From the NCBI GenBank assembly GCA_023920165.1, contig CP089277.1:558001-622000 (forward strand): a stretch of 64,000 nucleotides of DNA. The letters are read 5' to 3'. Of this stretch, positions 24,594 through 38,500 are shown piece after piece (position 1 is the first letter of the stretch; each line of letters begins with the position of its first letter). The stretch is from Curvularia clavata. Lineage: Eukaryota. Made by a program: the position numbers and the translations under genes. A model generated the notes under the pieces. That model did no database searches and was not told the DNA's origin. It saw only the letters and a program-made list of their open reading frames with translations.

Positions 24594-25918
24594 ATGAACT
24601 TCCGTAGAAAACACGATGAATCAGGTCATGGCTATGTGGACCCAACAGTTGAGCTTAACGTTGGACTGTGGACGCTCTTTGCTGGCGCAACCGCCTTTCT
24701 AGCCCTGAGAATATGGATCAAAGTCACGCGGAGGCATGGCTTGTGGTGGGATGATCACATTCTCCTCATTGCGTGGGTGAGTGTCTGATGATCAATACAT
24801 GCGTTGTGAGTGATTGTTTGGTGCTGACCGTGTTGCAGGCTATCCTGGCCGCCAACAACTCCCTTATCACCCTTGAATACGCTACCGGCTATGTCACAGA
24901 CACTTGGGACGACCGCATGCACATCCTCATCAACATCACCTCCTGTGGCACCCTCATCAATCAGTCTCTTACCAAGACAGCCTTCGCCGTCACTCTGCTG
25001 AAGCTGACCAAGAACTGGGGCAAATGGATCCTCTGGTTCTGTATCTGTTCTATGAACGCGTATATGATCGCAAAAGTTATCCTTCAGTGGGCAAAGGTCT
25101 GCGGGAAATCTTCCTATGATGTTTGGTACCGTCTCGACTTTTGTCTCGAACCCAAGTTCAGAGATGATTTCAAAGAGGGCGGCAATGTCTACAACATCAT
25201 CATGGATTTCGTCCTGGCCGTCTTTCCATGGGTCATTACTTGGAACCTCGACATGCGAAGGGTTGAGAAGATTGGTCTTTGTGTTGCCATGAGTCTGGTA
25301 CGATACAGTCCTGCGTGAACTCTTCTTCACTCTTCGTATTCATATCGCTAACAACGCCTAGGGTATGGTCGTTGCCGTCATCTCAGCTGTTCGTACTGGC
25401 TGGAAGGACGAAGGCAACCAGAAAGATATGTGGTACTTTTGGCGCAACGCTCACTCCAACATCTGGTACTCCTCCGAGATTGTCGGTACCATCATTGTCC
25501 AATGTATCCCTGTCCTGCGCCCTCTCATTCGCGACATCAAAACTTCTCTTACTTCAAAAAAACTCGCTTCATCTGGCGATGAATTGACTCGACGAAGCAG
25601 GTACGTCATACCAAGAACAAAACATGGCGTGATCGCATCAGTGACGAGATGACGAATAACACCGCCTTGGATATCCCCTTGCTAACAAAATCACGCAGAG
25701 GCCCATCTATTTTCGGCTTCGGCTTCGGTCCCGGCCCGACCATCGGTACGAAATCGTCTCACAAAGCACACATTTACTCTGACGCACGCACTACCTTCAA
25801 CGATACCAAGAGCGAACCCAACCCAGACTCCTGGGACAACCAAGGCATCTTCCAAAAACGGGAGTTTGAGCTGACAACAATGGAAGTCCAGGCCCAAAGA
25901 GGAAAAGATATGGTTTGA
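24594..25918 (+). CDS. PTH11-like integral membrane protein (fungal rhodopsin domain, no CFEM), ~366 aa; exons 24594-24776, 24839-25297, 25362-25600, 25699-25918
   Basis: Motifs FLALRIWIK..GLWWDDHILLIAW, SLTKTAFAVTLLKL, NIIMDFVLAVFPW, EKIGLCVAMSLG and IIVQCIPVLRPL across multiple hydrophobic helices. Confidence 0.88.
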
Positions 25919-26508
25919 GCCATCCATCTAGGCGAATAGGCGTAGGCGTTTAAAAATGGCAAACTTTAGACTACAAAGCTTCGCGGCGAAAAAAAAAAAC
26001 GATTTCGTGTGCTTTGCACGTGCCAAGTGTGCAGTGGGTAAAGATGGGTGGGAAACTAACGTGGCCTTTGCAGTGCGCAAGAGGCCGGGACGAGTCGCGG
26101 GCAGAAAGGGAGAGAGGGAGGCCAAGATGGATGGAGTGATCGACATGTTCTCATAGCGCTGGAGGCCCGAGGTTACGGTCATTACTCATGCAATATGGTT
26201 GCTGAACTGAACTTGAGGTTCAGTCTTGCAACCACAATACCCCATGCTCAGCACTGGCTAGCTGACACAACAAAGCCGTCTGCTGAGGACACACGATGTC
26301 CTCGGCTCAAGCAAAGCGTAAATACTTATACCAACATACATACATTCATGTAAACACTTTTCAATCAAGACACATAGATATTCGCCTTAATAGAAGCAAA
26401 CACAGATTACGCACGCCACCTATCACACTCTTTCACTTTCTCCTGAACCCAAATCCAGCCCCCACCCCCCGAACCCCTTTCTACACACTCCACTCTTGAA
26501 CTTACGTA

Positions 26509-27545
26509 CTACCGTATACTTCTAACCAGTTCCCTCAAGTCCCCACCCTCGACCCACTTCTCTTCACCTCCACCGCCCACACCCAGCCCGCCGCCTCCTC
26601 CACCACTAACACCCCATCCCTCACCTACATCGCCGACGACGCGCGCAGGTCGACCTCCAATGACGGATCCAGAGGCGATGACCATGTTTGCCGGAACGAC
26701 GGTATGAGGTAGGATCTTTACATTTTCCTTGATGATGACAAAGGGGCCGATGGTGCAGTTGTTGCCAATGTGCACGTGAGAGGAGATGGAGATGGCTTGG
26801 ATAGTTGAGTTGGGGCCTATGCAAGTTGTTAGAGAGAGAGCATCTGACCTACATTTCAACTCATGTAACGAGGGGAAAAAAAGCTGCAGCAGTATTGGTA
26901 GATAGAATTTAAAAACAAGGATAGAGAAAGCAACGAGGACGAAGAGAAAAAAGAATACAACGAGATCTCATAAAAACTCGTTTCAATCGAAGGCAAACAG
27001 AAAGAGGAGGGGGTTTTTTTTGGGATACATACCAACAAAAACATTGTCCCCAATCTTCATGGGATAATAATGCACCTGGCCCCTACTAATCCTACTCGGC
27101 GGCTTAATTACGCTACCCTGGCTAATCACCGTACACCGCCCGATACTGATGCTCGTCGGTGTCACGTCCTTGCCTGACTGTGAGGGCGCGCTGCGTGTGG
27201 GATGCAGGTCTCCACGCAGTTGCACGTCAGCCATAATGACGGTGCGACCGCCGAGCGTGATGTTGGCTGTGCCAGTGATGGCGCTGCGGCGGGAGACTTT
27301 GTTGCCGGAGTCCTGGGTGAGAGAGGGTTAGGGAATGTAATTTTTTTTTTTTTTGGTTCATCTTCTTTTTTTTTTCTTTAGTGTATCGGAGGAGGGAATG
27401 GATTGAGATGGCTGAGCACTGTATACATAGTGTTTTTTGTTGTTCACATGCTGCTTTGGGCAGGCTGATGGACTGTTAGGGATGGACGTACCGTCTCAAT
27501 GTACTCCCCCTTTGGCGCGGCTTTCCGCGCTGCAGGCCTTGACAT
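26509..27545 (-). CDS. dctn5: Dynactin subunit 5 (p25), left-handed beta-helix protein, ~213 aa; exons 27545-27492, 27312-27033, 26816-26509
   Basis: GEYIET|DSGNKVSRRSAITGTANITLGGRTVI..LRGDL, YYPMKIGDNVFVG, and hexapeptide repeats HVHIGNNCTIGPFVIIKENVKI. Confidence 0.92.
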
Positions 27546-28817
27546 GTTGTGTGTTGTTCAGGTTACTATCGAAGAGATGTAGTCTATCACTTGTTGGAGG
27601 AGTCGGCAAATGGTGCAGACTTTTAAGTTTGCGTGTCGCTGCTCGATATGTGGTGTCGTTCTTGGTTGAATGCCCACACGCCGAAGATGCACGATCCAAG
27701 CTTTTGGGTTCGGCCAATCAGCGCTTCCCATGGGTTTGCTCATTCGCTCGAAGGTGAACTTGCTCACAAACGGCAGGACTGGGATATGGTATAAATGCGC
27801 ATGCGGAATGAGACATATAGAAATAAATAGACATTTCAACTGACTAAAGCTGTTTTTAGAGTTGTAAAGTTTATCACAATCGTGACTTGAGTCGGCACCT
27901 ACTGTCTCTGAAAGCGAGACTGGTATCATTTTTAAACCGCTCGATAGTCTGCAAATCAAAACTTCACAAGGAAAAATGAATACTTGAGGCACTAGAAAGC
28001 ATTGTCTCTGTAAAGTCTAAATACATGAGGACTTTCATCGTGATATGCTGAATAGCTGGGCAAAATCCATTACTAGGGTTCGCAAGTTTACATGCCGTTC
28101 GAGGACTCAAATTTGCCGTTGCACAAACAGTAGTTACATGGGAAATGATAAACATTGATTCATTCATTTCATGTACCAAGTTCCCAACTTGCGTCATCCA
28201 TAACACGTTTTTTTGGGACATGGATCCCCCGCTTACGCCAGCCAACTACCGTTCAGACCAGGTTTCCGAGATAAACATAACCAATAAATGAACGCATCGT
28301 GGCCTCGTCTCTTTTTTCGAATACGCGCAGTAGGTTGTCCATCTCGAAAGAGACGGACCTGCGCCATCAGCAAGAGGTGCCTCCTATGCGGAGCCCCTTG
28401 TACTAAAATTCTTAATGTGAAACACCCTCCATCGTGAAAATAAAATGCTTGCCTATTCCATCCTGACGCCTGTTGGAAACAAAAAAAAAGGTGCAAGTCA
28501 TGACCGAAAGTGGCGTCAAAAAAGGTAAAATCCGCTGTAGCTTGTCTGTACATCTGAAATCATCCAAGCCGAAGTAACACGCGTTGGATTCTCGCGCTCT
28601 GTTTTGGTTAATGAGGCGTTCAAGGCGCCGTGTCGAGCGCATAGAATGAGAAAATTCGTATAATAAACCCCTGGAGGAAGGGTACGGTAGCCACAAACTA
28701 GACCGTGGCGAGCGGTACACGCCTCCAGGTAAGAATGTGAGGACAGCCAATGGACGTGGCTGCCGAAGAAACATGTCGTGTGTCGTGGTAGTCTACAGAT
28801 CAGAGGAGGACTGTTAT

Positions 28818-31800
28818 TTACTGCATGACAGAGTTTTCCGCGCGTTGGCTGATATGGTGAGCATGCGCTTCTAGCGCACGGGCTTGGATATGGGTGACTA
28901 CATAGTCATTAGTATTGATACGTGTACATGACTATTCAGACAATGACTTACCAGGCCAGACCACGGATTTGGACAGCATGTAGGCCGTCACCATCAGTAG
29001 CTTGGTACCATAGCCGCAATGTGCTAGATTGGAGAGGCCGCCCAGCATAGGCATGTTATTTGAAGAGATATCGTAAGCCAACTTCATATCTGCGTGATGA
29101 AGAATGTCGGCAATCTTTTGCAACAGCTTTACGTCCTCCTCTTCCAGTAACAAGATTGCGGGTACTTCTGAGAAATTGACCTCGTCTCTGCCCAACACGC
29201 CAAGATAGCGTCCAACGCGATCTTGGAGAGTTGCAACCCATTCGGCGAGGACCTGAGCACAGTCGAACGTGCACAATGCAGACGAGTTGGGCAGCTCTCG
29301 GGCAGTGAAGTCGGCAAATGAGGCACCAAGCTTATCTGCCATGCAGAGGGAGTCGGCAGCATAGAAGGCGGCTTTGCGCAAATGCCTCTCGCGTTTTGAG
29401 GAAGCACTGTTGGGAAGACCATTGCTTCCATTTCCAGGGCTGACATGGTCTTGTACATTCATTTGACCTGGAGAAGGCGTGTGACTAAGATCCATGGGAG
29501 ATGATCTTTCTGGTGTATCATCTGTCTGACCTACAACATCGACGCCTCTCGCCAATTCATTCGCCATGCCGTCAAAGTCTCGTTGCCACAACAGCTCCTT
29601 TGCTCGACCAAGATTCACAAAGAGTCTCACATAGGCGAGGTCTAGCAGTGGTATGCAGTCAGCGGACAGTGGCCCAAAGGGACTCGGTCGCTCGATACTG
29701 TGGTTTGGATTAGCTCTCCAAGCAACTTGCCAGGCTTTGAGCGCAGGTTCGACTTGTGCATGCATAGCCTCTGTCTCGTGGGCTTTCCACAAGCGACCGT
29801 TGTGTCTGTTTCTCGTCTCCCAGATGTAAACGTGCATGGCGTTTATCAACACGTAACAACCGAACGTGCTGGGTCGAATATCGCTTTCGGAAGGGCTGAC
29901 CACCGTCTGGCCTCCTGTGAAAGCATGTGGGTATGCATTGCGCATTCTCGAGGTTGACTGTCGTGTACTAGCTTCAAGGAGGTATGTCATTGCGGTGATG
30001 AAAGACAAGCCCCGGGTTTGGGCGAGCATTGGCCCTCCCATTGCTACCCACGCCTGCGGATTATCGACAGACCAGAGATCCTCTTCACAAGGGAGATCCA
30101 GATGTATCTCAGAATTCAGAATACGAGGCGAATGTGCGTATGCAGAAACAAGCAGGCTCGACATTGAGAAGATTGCAAAGTAAGTTCGCTTGCGTTCTTC
30201 AGCCTTCTTCCACTGTATCCATTGCGTGTGCTCGTCTACAGTGTCCTTTTGTTGGTCAAGATGCGATTTTGTATCGTCGGACATGTTGAAATCCCCATTT
30301 GTATTACTTGGAGGACTGGGCATGGTCTGCTCTGGGGGCGTGGGCTTGTCCAAACCAGCAGCTTTTGCTAGACTGACAAGGGCAGCGCAATGCGTGCTTG
30401 CGACCTCGGCGGCCTGGCGATCGCCACAATTGAGTCCAAAGATGAGATTGAGCAGCATGGCCTGGACCAACCACAATGGTGGCTTGTTGATGTTGTCATT
30501 AGCAGCACTAGGCCCGTTGACCGCGGAAAGACCAGCTTTGCGACGCTCATCAAGATAGAAGAGAATCAGCTTCTTTGCCGCCTCGAACAAGTCCTTTGCC
30601 ACATTCTGCTCGAACTCGTAGAGGGCACCAATCGCGGCCATTGCAAGAATCAGACAGCCGCCTCCGCCAACCATGGTGTCTTGGTTGAAATTACTAGCTG
30701 TGCGGAGTTGGTATGTGTATGCTGGGGTATCGAAAGATAGTGTTGGAATATGCAGAAAAGGCAGGTGGGGATGGAAGTATTGAATGTAGGCGTTTACGTA
30801 ACGCTGAATATCGAAGGTACTGGGCAATAAGCCAGCCAGGTTTGAATGCTTGCCAGTCCCGTTTGAGGACAGAGGAGAGCTGATGGTTGGTTGTGAGAAC
30901 CTTCGTTGAGGCGCTTGGCCGTAGCCCATGGCTTGGCTTAGATTGTGCATTAAAGCTTGCCTGGTAGATTCTGTGATTGTTTCAGTGGAAAATGAGGAAA
31001 CGGAACTGTGTCTTGCGCTGCTGCCGTTGATAGAGGATGATGATATGCTGTTGGCATCAGAAGCGAATGTCATGGGCGTCTGAAAATACTGGTTCGGCAT
31101 ACCGGGTATCCCAGCTGAAGGGCTCATGGCCGCTAGAGAAGGTGGCGTAGAAGTGTAGAAGTCATTCTGAACACCCTGGTCGCCTAGATCCTGAGAGGTG
31201 CCTGAGGTCATCATGAGTTCAGGAAACACTGGAGCCATGGCGTCAATAGGGAAGTTTGTGGGATCAATACTGCTAGTATGGGTCACCAGAGGGTTATGCC
31301 ACATGGCTGCCGAGTTTGGCTGACTGGAACCATCTAGCATCATGTCATGGAAGGCACCCTGGCTCGCAGTACTTATCGCTGACGGTGAGGAGCCGTCCAG
31401 TGCCGACTCATTTGCCCCCGAAAACACCATGGAGTTGTCCATACCCATACCCCAGCCAAAATCATCTTCCTCAATCGGGTTATTTCCTGCGAACGGATTC
31501 GCGAACCGTTTGAAGGGTGATGCGGGGATTCCGACGCTTGCATTAAAGTGATGCAACTGGTTTGGGTTAATAGTGGATGAAGCTGATGTTCCAAAGAACT
31601 TCTCGAGTTCACGGTCGTCGGATCCCGCCATGCCTGGAATTGGGGCTGTGCGAAGTCCTCCGCCCATGCCAAAACCAACGTGGGTGTCCAGCCTTGGGAG
31701 AGCCTGGGCTTGTCCGTGGTTGCCCATGGATGTGGACATGCCTCGGTAGTCGAACTGGCTAATGCCCGAAAGGCTCGAATGATGCGAATGGCCAGCATGA

Positions 31801-32416
31801 CCTCCCCTGTTGGCTGATACAGAAGATGCGAGGAAGCTGCTGAAGGAGTTTGGGTCGATATGACTGATAGTATTGGCGCGCGGCCTCATGGTGTTATTGC
31901 CCTTGACGCCACCACCGACATTGCTCGATACCGAGTTTTTGCGTACTCGAGCAGCAGCACTGGACGGAAGGCCAGTTGTGCTTTCCCTACGTCCAGTACG
32001 GGGACGGGCGGAAGTTGCGCCCTGTTGGTGGAGCTTCTGCTGATGTCGCAGGAGCAGGTCGCGGCGCGCGAAGCATCTTGTGCATTGCGGGCATTCGAAG
32101 GGCTTCTCTTTTGTGTGGGATCGCTCGTGTCGCTTTAGATGTTCTAGTCGAGCAAAGGAGCGTGTGCATGTTGTGCAAATGTGAGGCCGAGGCTTGTCGT
32201 TCTTGGGTGGAGGAAATGAGTGGACGGTGGGAGGGGAAGGTTCGGGCTTCGCAGTGGATGCTGATGCTGCAGTTCGCCGTTGGGGTTAGTTTCCCAAGAT
32301 GATAGCTTGCTTGATCGCGTCTTGTACTCACAGTTGCTACTGTTGCCAGAGCTGTTGGAGTCGTCACTCGGCATGTTGGTGGAGCCCGCCAGGCTCGTGT
32401 TCTCGACTTTGGTCAT
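28818..32416 (-). CDS. C2H2 zinc-finger plus fungal-specific TF domain protein, AmdX/Adr1/Klf1-like, ~1159 aa; exons 32416-32332, 32266-28952, 28897-28818
   Basis: Two fingers, CTTCTRSFARLEHLKRHERSH-TKEKPFE-CPQCTRCFARRDLLLRHQQKLH, lie in frame upstream of the track ORF 28932-31889. TF domain YFHPHLPFLH...EERKRT...LPCEE. Exon sum 3480 nt. Confidence 0.9.
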
Positions 32417-35400
32417 GGTCGTTCCGTGTAAAGAGCTAGTATGGCCCAACAAGACAACGTTCACCCAGCAAAGTTGCTGTGGTCAGCGTGCGAGTGAACC
32501 GTTGATGGACTAGGCAAGTCAGCACCAAGTCGACGTGTCTGTGGAGCCAAATTGTGCTAGTATTTACAGTAATGGCTGAAGCTGTGCTGAGCTCGTGGAG
32601 CTTGCGTGGCTAGTAGGCTTGCCAACTAGACAAAGAAGGATCGCAGGCAGGACCGACTGCGAATGGATGAGAGGATCAGCAGAGGCAGGAGGTGACGACG
32701 GAGCAGATTCAGGTACCTTTGCTAGCTTGGGGCAAGAAACGGAGTATGTCCAAGCTTCTTGGAGCTTTGGTACCGGGCTACGTGAGTGACGAAGGAGAAG
32801 AAGGAGAAGGGTGGTTACAGCAAGACGGGTGGTGTATCGCAATGGAATTGGGCCTTGTTCAGGCAAAGCAGGCGGGCAAGCCAGGTCAATTGCTCGACAC
32901 AGGAGAGGACCGTCGCAAGTGGGGAAGGTTTAGTTACAGAAGGCGCTTGCCAGCAGAGCAAGGCGAGCGGGCCGAAGACAAGATGGGAGAGAGCGGATGG
33001 TGGACGTGAGCTGGGCCGGCGAGTACATGTGTCGGCCGGGCTGGAGATGGCAGCGCGGCGGTCGGGAGTGGATGGTATGTATGTACACAAGAGGAGGCGC
33101 GGGAGGTGGTGGGAAGTGGCAGCACACGAGGGTCCAGCCTTGATGTAAGCGTCTGTGCCAGCAGCAGTCGGGCTGGTGGGCGCGCCGGCGGGTGTGTGCT
33201 GGTAGGACCCAAAAGGCTAGATTGCAACGCAGACACAAGCTTGGGACCGGATGGCAGCAATTGGGGCAGCAGCTGTGGCGATTGGTTGGGCGAGGGAAGC
33301 AGACAGGCAAAGGGAAGAAGTCGGCCGCGTCTGCGTGTGCGTGAGGGTGAGAGTCTGGGGAATTGCGCACAGGCCAGCGTTCGTGGGACGGGAAGGAGCA
33401 ACGAGGACAGGCGATAATAAGCAAAAAAAGGGCGACTGGCGACGGGCCAAAGATGTCGCGGAGCTGGAGATGGGCTGGCTAGAGGCAGGCGGCATTATAC
33501 AATGGTAAGCAGATCCCCAGAGTCTACACTACCCACGGGCAGTGTGTCATGCTACTGGCCAGCAGCCCCAAGTCGTTGGACGGGCCCTGCACGCCCTGCA
33601 AGCGCAAGCATCAGGGCCTCTCTGGCGCTAGTGGATCCCCCAGCAAACGGCGTTTCTGCCGCAGGGGCCTTGGGCCGGAGTCGCTCCGCCGCTGCTGCGT
33701 CTGCGCCCACTGCGCTGCGTTTTTTTGCTGCGTCGTGCTGCGACCTGCCTCTGCCGCGATGGGCAGTGATGGGCGCCTGCGATCAGCACCACGGCCTCGA
33801 CAGGTCATCTTCCGTCCCAGCCTTGGCACCATCGACTGCGCCGCGGGTCGTCCACTGCTGTGGGCTCGGCTCGGATGCTTGTGCTATGGATGGATGCATG
33901 TATCGACGTCCAGCCTGGCTGCCAGTCGGCCTGTGATGCTACAACGGGCCTCGAATTCATTTGGCCAGCCAGCACAATAAATTGGCGCGCCTTCCAATGA
34001 CAGGCCGGCGGCATATTGGCTAGTGGCCGACGTTGAACAGCACCGGTCCCTGGAGACATGGCAGAGCTCGCTGGACCTGGGCTGGCCTGCTCCCACCATA
34101 CAGCCGCTGGGTCGGCTTGGGCCTTGGTGGTGCGCTTCCGAGATGCGAGTTTCAAGAGCCTGCCCCGACGGAAGACGGACGATGCCTCTTGCATACGCGA
34201 CCCATGTCTCTGCTGCCGTCAAGCGCCTAGCCATGGCACACAGCCAACGACCTGACAGCACGCTACGCGACGCGACGCCAGCACTCGAGCGGCCTCAGGA
34301 CGGTTTGTGCAATGTGGATAGCGGCATGGGCTGACATCGGTGAGATCTGGCGGCCACGGCTTCGACGGCCACAGACAGAGCGACTACTTACGACAACTTC
34401 TTGGGACATGGCCTCTCTTCCCCAGGAATTCCAGGTCAAGCCTGCAGCGCCCGGACAACGGCAGCGATGCGCGCTAAGCCACAAGCAGCAACATCTGGGG
34501 TAAAGTGCAGGCTAGCGCCATCACTAGCTTATCGCATGGGCCGCCTAACCGTCCGTCCACTCAGCGCGCCGCATGACCACGGCCCTTTGCTCCCACTCGC
34601 TACAACTCCCTACGCCTCACCCCCCATTACGACGGCCCACGGCGGGCTTGCCTCTGCACCTGACCTACCACCCGTCCAGGACCCTGACGTCCGCCGCCTG
34701 TCTCTCTGTCTGTCTGTCTGTCTCGCTCCCCCAATTCTACCTACACCTATTCCCTTGCCGCGAGCGCCCTGAACTGCCTACTGCGCATGACGGCATGCTG
34801 CGCCAGCTGGGCCATCCGCTATCCTTGCTTGGGCTTAACCCGAACCTCCTTCTCTAGGTAGCCATGTCACCTCTTGCACTTCATTCTTTTCGCTGCTGCA
34901 GAACCCCAGTGACGTTGCATCGCCCAGCCTGTGGCAATGGACTCGCACACGCTCGCTCGTGGCAGATCTGCAGCCCACAGTCCGCTGGTCGAGTGGCCTG
35001 GCAATCGTGGCAAAGCCATTTACGTCAATCGAAGCATTATAGAAGGAACAAGTCCGACTGAGCGTGAACTGCTGCATGCCAAATGTCCAGCCTTGTCCAG
35101 CGTTAAAGCGCTGATCGTGCCTCACGTGATGTCGCTCGTCGCGCTTGGACGCTGACTGCGCATATCACTCGATCGCCTGGCACGTCTCTTCATCTACGCA
35201 TGTACCTACTACGATCCATCAATTAATCTCTAGCCATCTGCTAACATCGGTCGCAGCACCCAAGGTGCACCGCTCCACAAAACACCCTGGCGGCGACAAT
35301 GCGAGTTGGTTCGCCTAAGCAGAGTGATACAATTGCAGCCACATTATTGAACACGCGACGATTGGCTCAACAGAAGTCCGTCATCACGTGACGCATCCTT

Positions 35401-35487
35401 CCTCCTCGGGTCTCTCAACCGCACCCTGCTATGTTTGCACCCACAAATTCAATGCAGCCTCTCCACTCGTCTCGTCATCGTCGCTGC

Positions 35488-35526
35488 TGCTACTGTTACT
35501 GCTACTGCTACTGCTACTGCTACTGC
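35488..35526. repeat. (GCTACT)n hexanucleotide microsatellite, intergenic
   Basis: tgctactgttactgctactgctactgctactgctactgc; explains the spurious poly-L and CY-repeat ORFs here. Confidence 0.7.
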
Positions 35527-38500
35527 TGCATCACGGCCATGCCATGTTTCACTGCTCGCGCAGGTATGACGTGCTGCCTCTGTGTAACGCTCGGGACGTG
35601 TACAGCACGGCTCACAGACACGGTGCCGACCGACGTGAAGGCGAACGCCCGCTCCCTCCATCGCTGTCAGGCGGCGGCCCCGCTAACTCCATGAAGAAAT
35701 CCCGATGCACTTCCCCAGACACTTTGCCTCTCGTTCTTGATCTAGGAGGTATGCGAACCGCCAGGGCTTGCGCCATCCAGCTCCACCTATCATGCTGTTG
35801 AACGCAGGGAAGTCCGAGGCGTTACGTGCAGGTGCAGCAAGGCGCACACTGCTGTTCGGAGCAACAAGAGCGAACAATGCCTTGCAACAACGGTAAACAA
35901 ACTGTCGACGACATATATATCAACGTCAGCACATATAACACCTAGGCCGCTGCCTACATGATGCACGCGTCGGGTTCGCATCGCGTTTGCACACACTCCC
36001 TCCCTCTCTCTCTCTCTATCATGCAACTTGAGCTGAAGCTCATTTGCCTCGCAGTCCAATCAATCAAGGCTGCCTTTGTTCAAGAAGATGATAATGACCC
36101 ACAATTGCAGGAAGTTGGTCCCATCAGCCCACTCTCATGGCACACATCTGGCCCGTCACTGTGTTGAGCGCCCAAATATAACGCAACGGTGCTGACGCCG
36201 AGTACCCAACACACTGCACAAGCACCAGGACAGCTAGATCTGGTGGGTATCGACACGCCACTGGAGCGAAGCTAGGGCCGCAGTAGCCTGCGTCTCACGT
36301 GCAGCTGGGTGCGTACCTCGCCGCGTCCTATGACGACCCACTACAGCTACACAACGGGGGTTTCGTATCTTTTCACAGCCTTGAGAGTATACCCAATAAG
36401 TCAGTCCCACCCCTTCCCGCCCTGTTTGTCCTGTGGCGACGAGTCATAGCATCGACACCCTGCGCCACGCAACCGTACATAGTGGGTAGTGGGTAGCAAG
36501 TGATCTTCAGGCCATTCGCGGCACTTGTTACCTCCAGCAAAAGCCTAGACAACCTATCGCTTACTCTATGTCGCTATTCTCCGATAGGTCCATACGTCAA
36601 CCTATGTTCCGCGAGAGCCGGTTTATGTAATTCTTCTTAAATCCGGGTGGCAGCGGTACTGGTGGCATCGCTCGTTGTGGTAAGGCTTTCGGTCTTGCAA
36701 TCATCCGGGTCCGAGAGAAGGTTCACGGAACCAGACATTTAGAGCAAAATTCTTCACTTGGCACCTGCCCTTGGCTCGCCCTCTTCAGGGTATGTGGTTC
36801 CATTTCAGGCACATTGGGTAATGGCCTTTTCCTTTGAATGCAATTTGCTCCGGCTCGGGGATAAAATTGAAATCCCGTGGATTGCCGCAGCGCAGCTAGT
36901 TTCCATGAGCGCAGCACTAGAATTAGAGACAAGCCACCTCCATCTGGCGGTCCCGCGGCCTCACCAACATGCAGAATCTCGTTTTGCTCGTGGGTTCTGC
37001 CAATGTTATTGATCTTTAGTATAGCCTTTGCTTCACTAGGGCTCCAAACAGACGCTAGCAAAATTAGATTAAGTTTGCAATTAGTCTTGAGGCTCACTTA
37101 CTCTGCCCTACGCATGCGGTAATGTAGCAACACTGGGATGAACTTGGATACCCCAACAAGCATTCCTCCCGCTATCGGCAAAACCCCTTTGCCCTCCACG
37201 TCTCCAAGGGAGATCTCCACACACACGTCTCCACACCATCTATACTAAGAGAGGCAAATTACGGCTCAACAGCGGCAGATAGCTACCAACCAAGTGGGTC
37301 TCCTTTCATGGTTCGTCTATGGTTACCCTCTCTATCTTGATTCCCCTTGCGGGCCTTGCACGCTTGTTGCGCTAGAAACTGCTTCGCCTCATCTCTCTAG
37401 CCAAGTTTCGTACGTGGTTCGATGTAAAACTGTAATCGACAAGATGGCGACACTGAAAGACAGTGTTCAGCCATCAGCCTCTCAGCCGCCCACCCAAGCC
37501 GTCCACATACATGCCTCCTCCCTGCAGCTCTACATAAACTACAACCCGCTTGGCCAACCACCGCATTACGTAGCCAGCTGACTCAGACTCCCATGTGCCT
37601 TTTCCCCCCCTTCGTGTGGCTCTGTACGTTTCATCACTTGTGCTGATGCGCTTCTAAAAGAGCATGTAACAGGGTAAGCCAAAACATTAAAAAAGGTAAC
37701 AACTTCTGGGACTAGGCGTCAGCAAACACACCAGCCAAGAAAAGCCCGCGTTTTGCTGAGTTGATAGCCGTAAAGAACGACCAAGAACTCTTACATCACG
37801 TGATGAGGCGTCTAACGGGACGGGTGCGCGCGGCTCGTCTGGATGCTCCGGATGTACTGTGTACGTGTGTACTTCGGAGCATGGTAAGGGAAAGGTTAGA
37901 GTAGTGTAATGCTTATGTGACCATTTCCTTCCTTGACCACAACAAGACATCGCTAGCAGCCCTTTGTCCAGCCGCTTCCTTGTGGGAGAACCCTGAGGAT
38001 GTATGTATGTATGGCTAGACGGAGAGTAGGCCCTTTTTTCTTCTCGGTTGGGAGGCGGAAGAGCGCGGATTCTAACCATATCGATTAAAAGTATTTGTCT
38101 AGATCACAAGGCCTTCTCTTTTGGGCCTCTCTGAGTTCCGCGAAAGGTAGTTGGCTGAGAGTGTGTGTGATAATGTTGTTGAGGTGGTGAAACAGTGAGT
38201 GTTTCTTAGGCTTCTTGGGTGTGAGGGTATCTGCGGAGTTGGGACCGAAACTTTCTGGGGGAGGCTGTTTTCAGTTGATGCACGGCGGGGTGAGATAAAG
38301 ACGATTGGATGTGATCCTGTTCATGCATCCGCCCAGCAGTGTCAAGATAGGTAGCAAGGGAGCACGATCGCCAATACATGCTTTCAAAACAGCATTCTCC
38401 CATCATCAGATCCGTGTGGACTGGAACTTCAGGGATCTGTGTTTATTTAACATATAGTAGGCATGACTGTGATGAAACAGCCTTGACAGGCCATCGGAAA

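Noticed and set aside
26817..27491. Unusually long dynactin introns as possible snoRNA hosts or stwintrons
   Set aside because: Only poly-A/T tracts were seen; no boxes or nested splice sites.
31889..32266. Apparent non-AUG N-terminal extension holding the C2H2 fingers
   Set aside because: Explained by an ordinary upstream exon (ATG 32416) and a GTGAGT...CAG intron.
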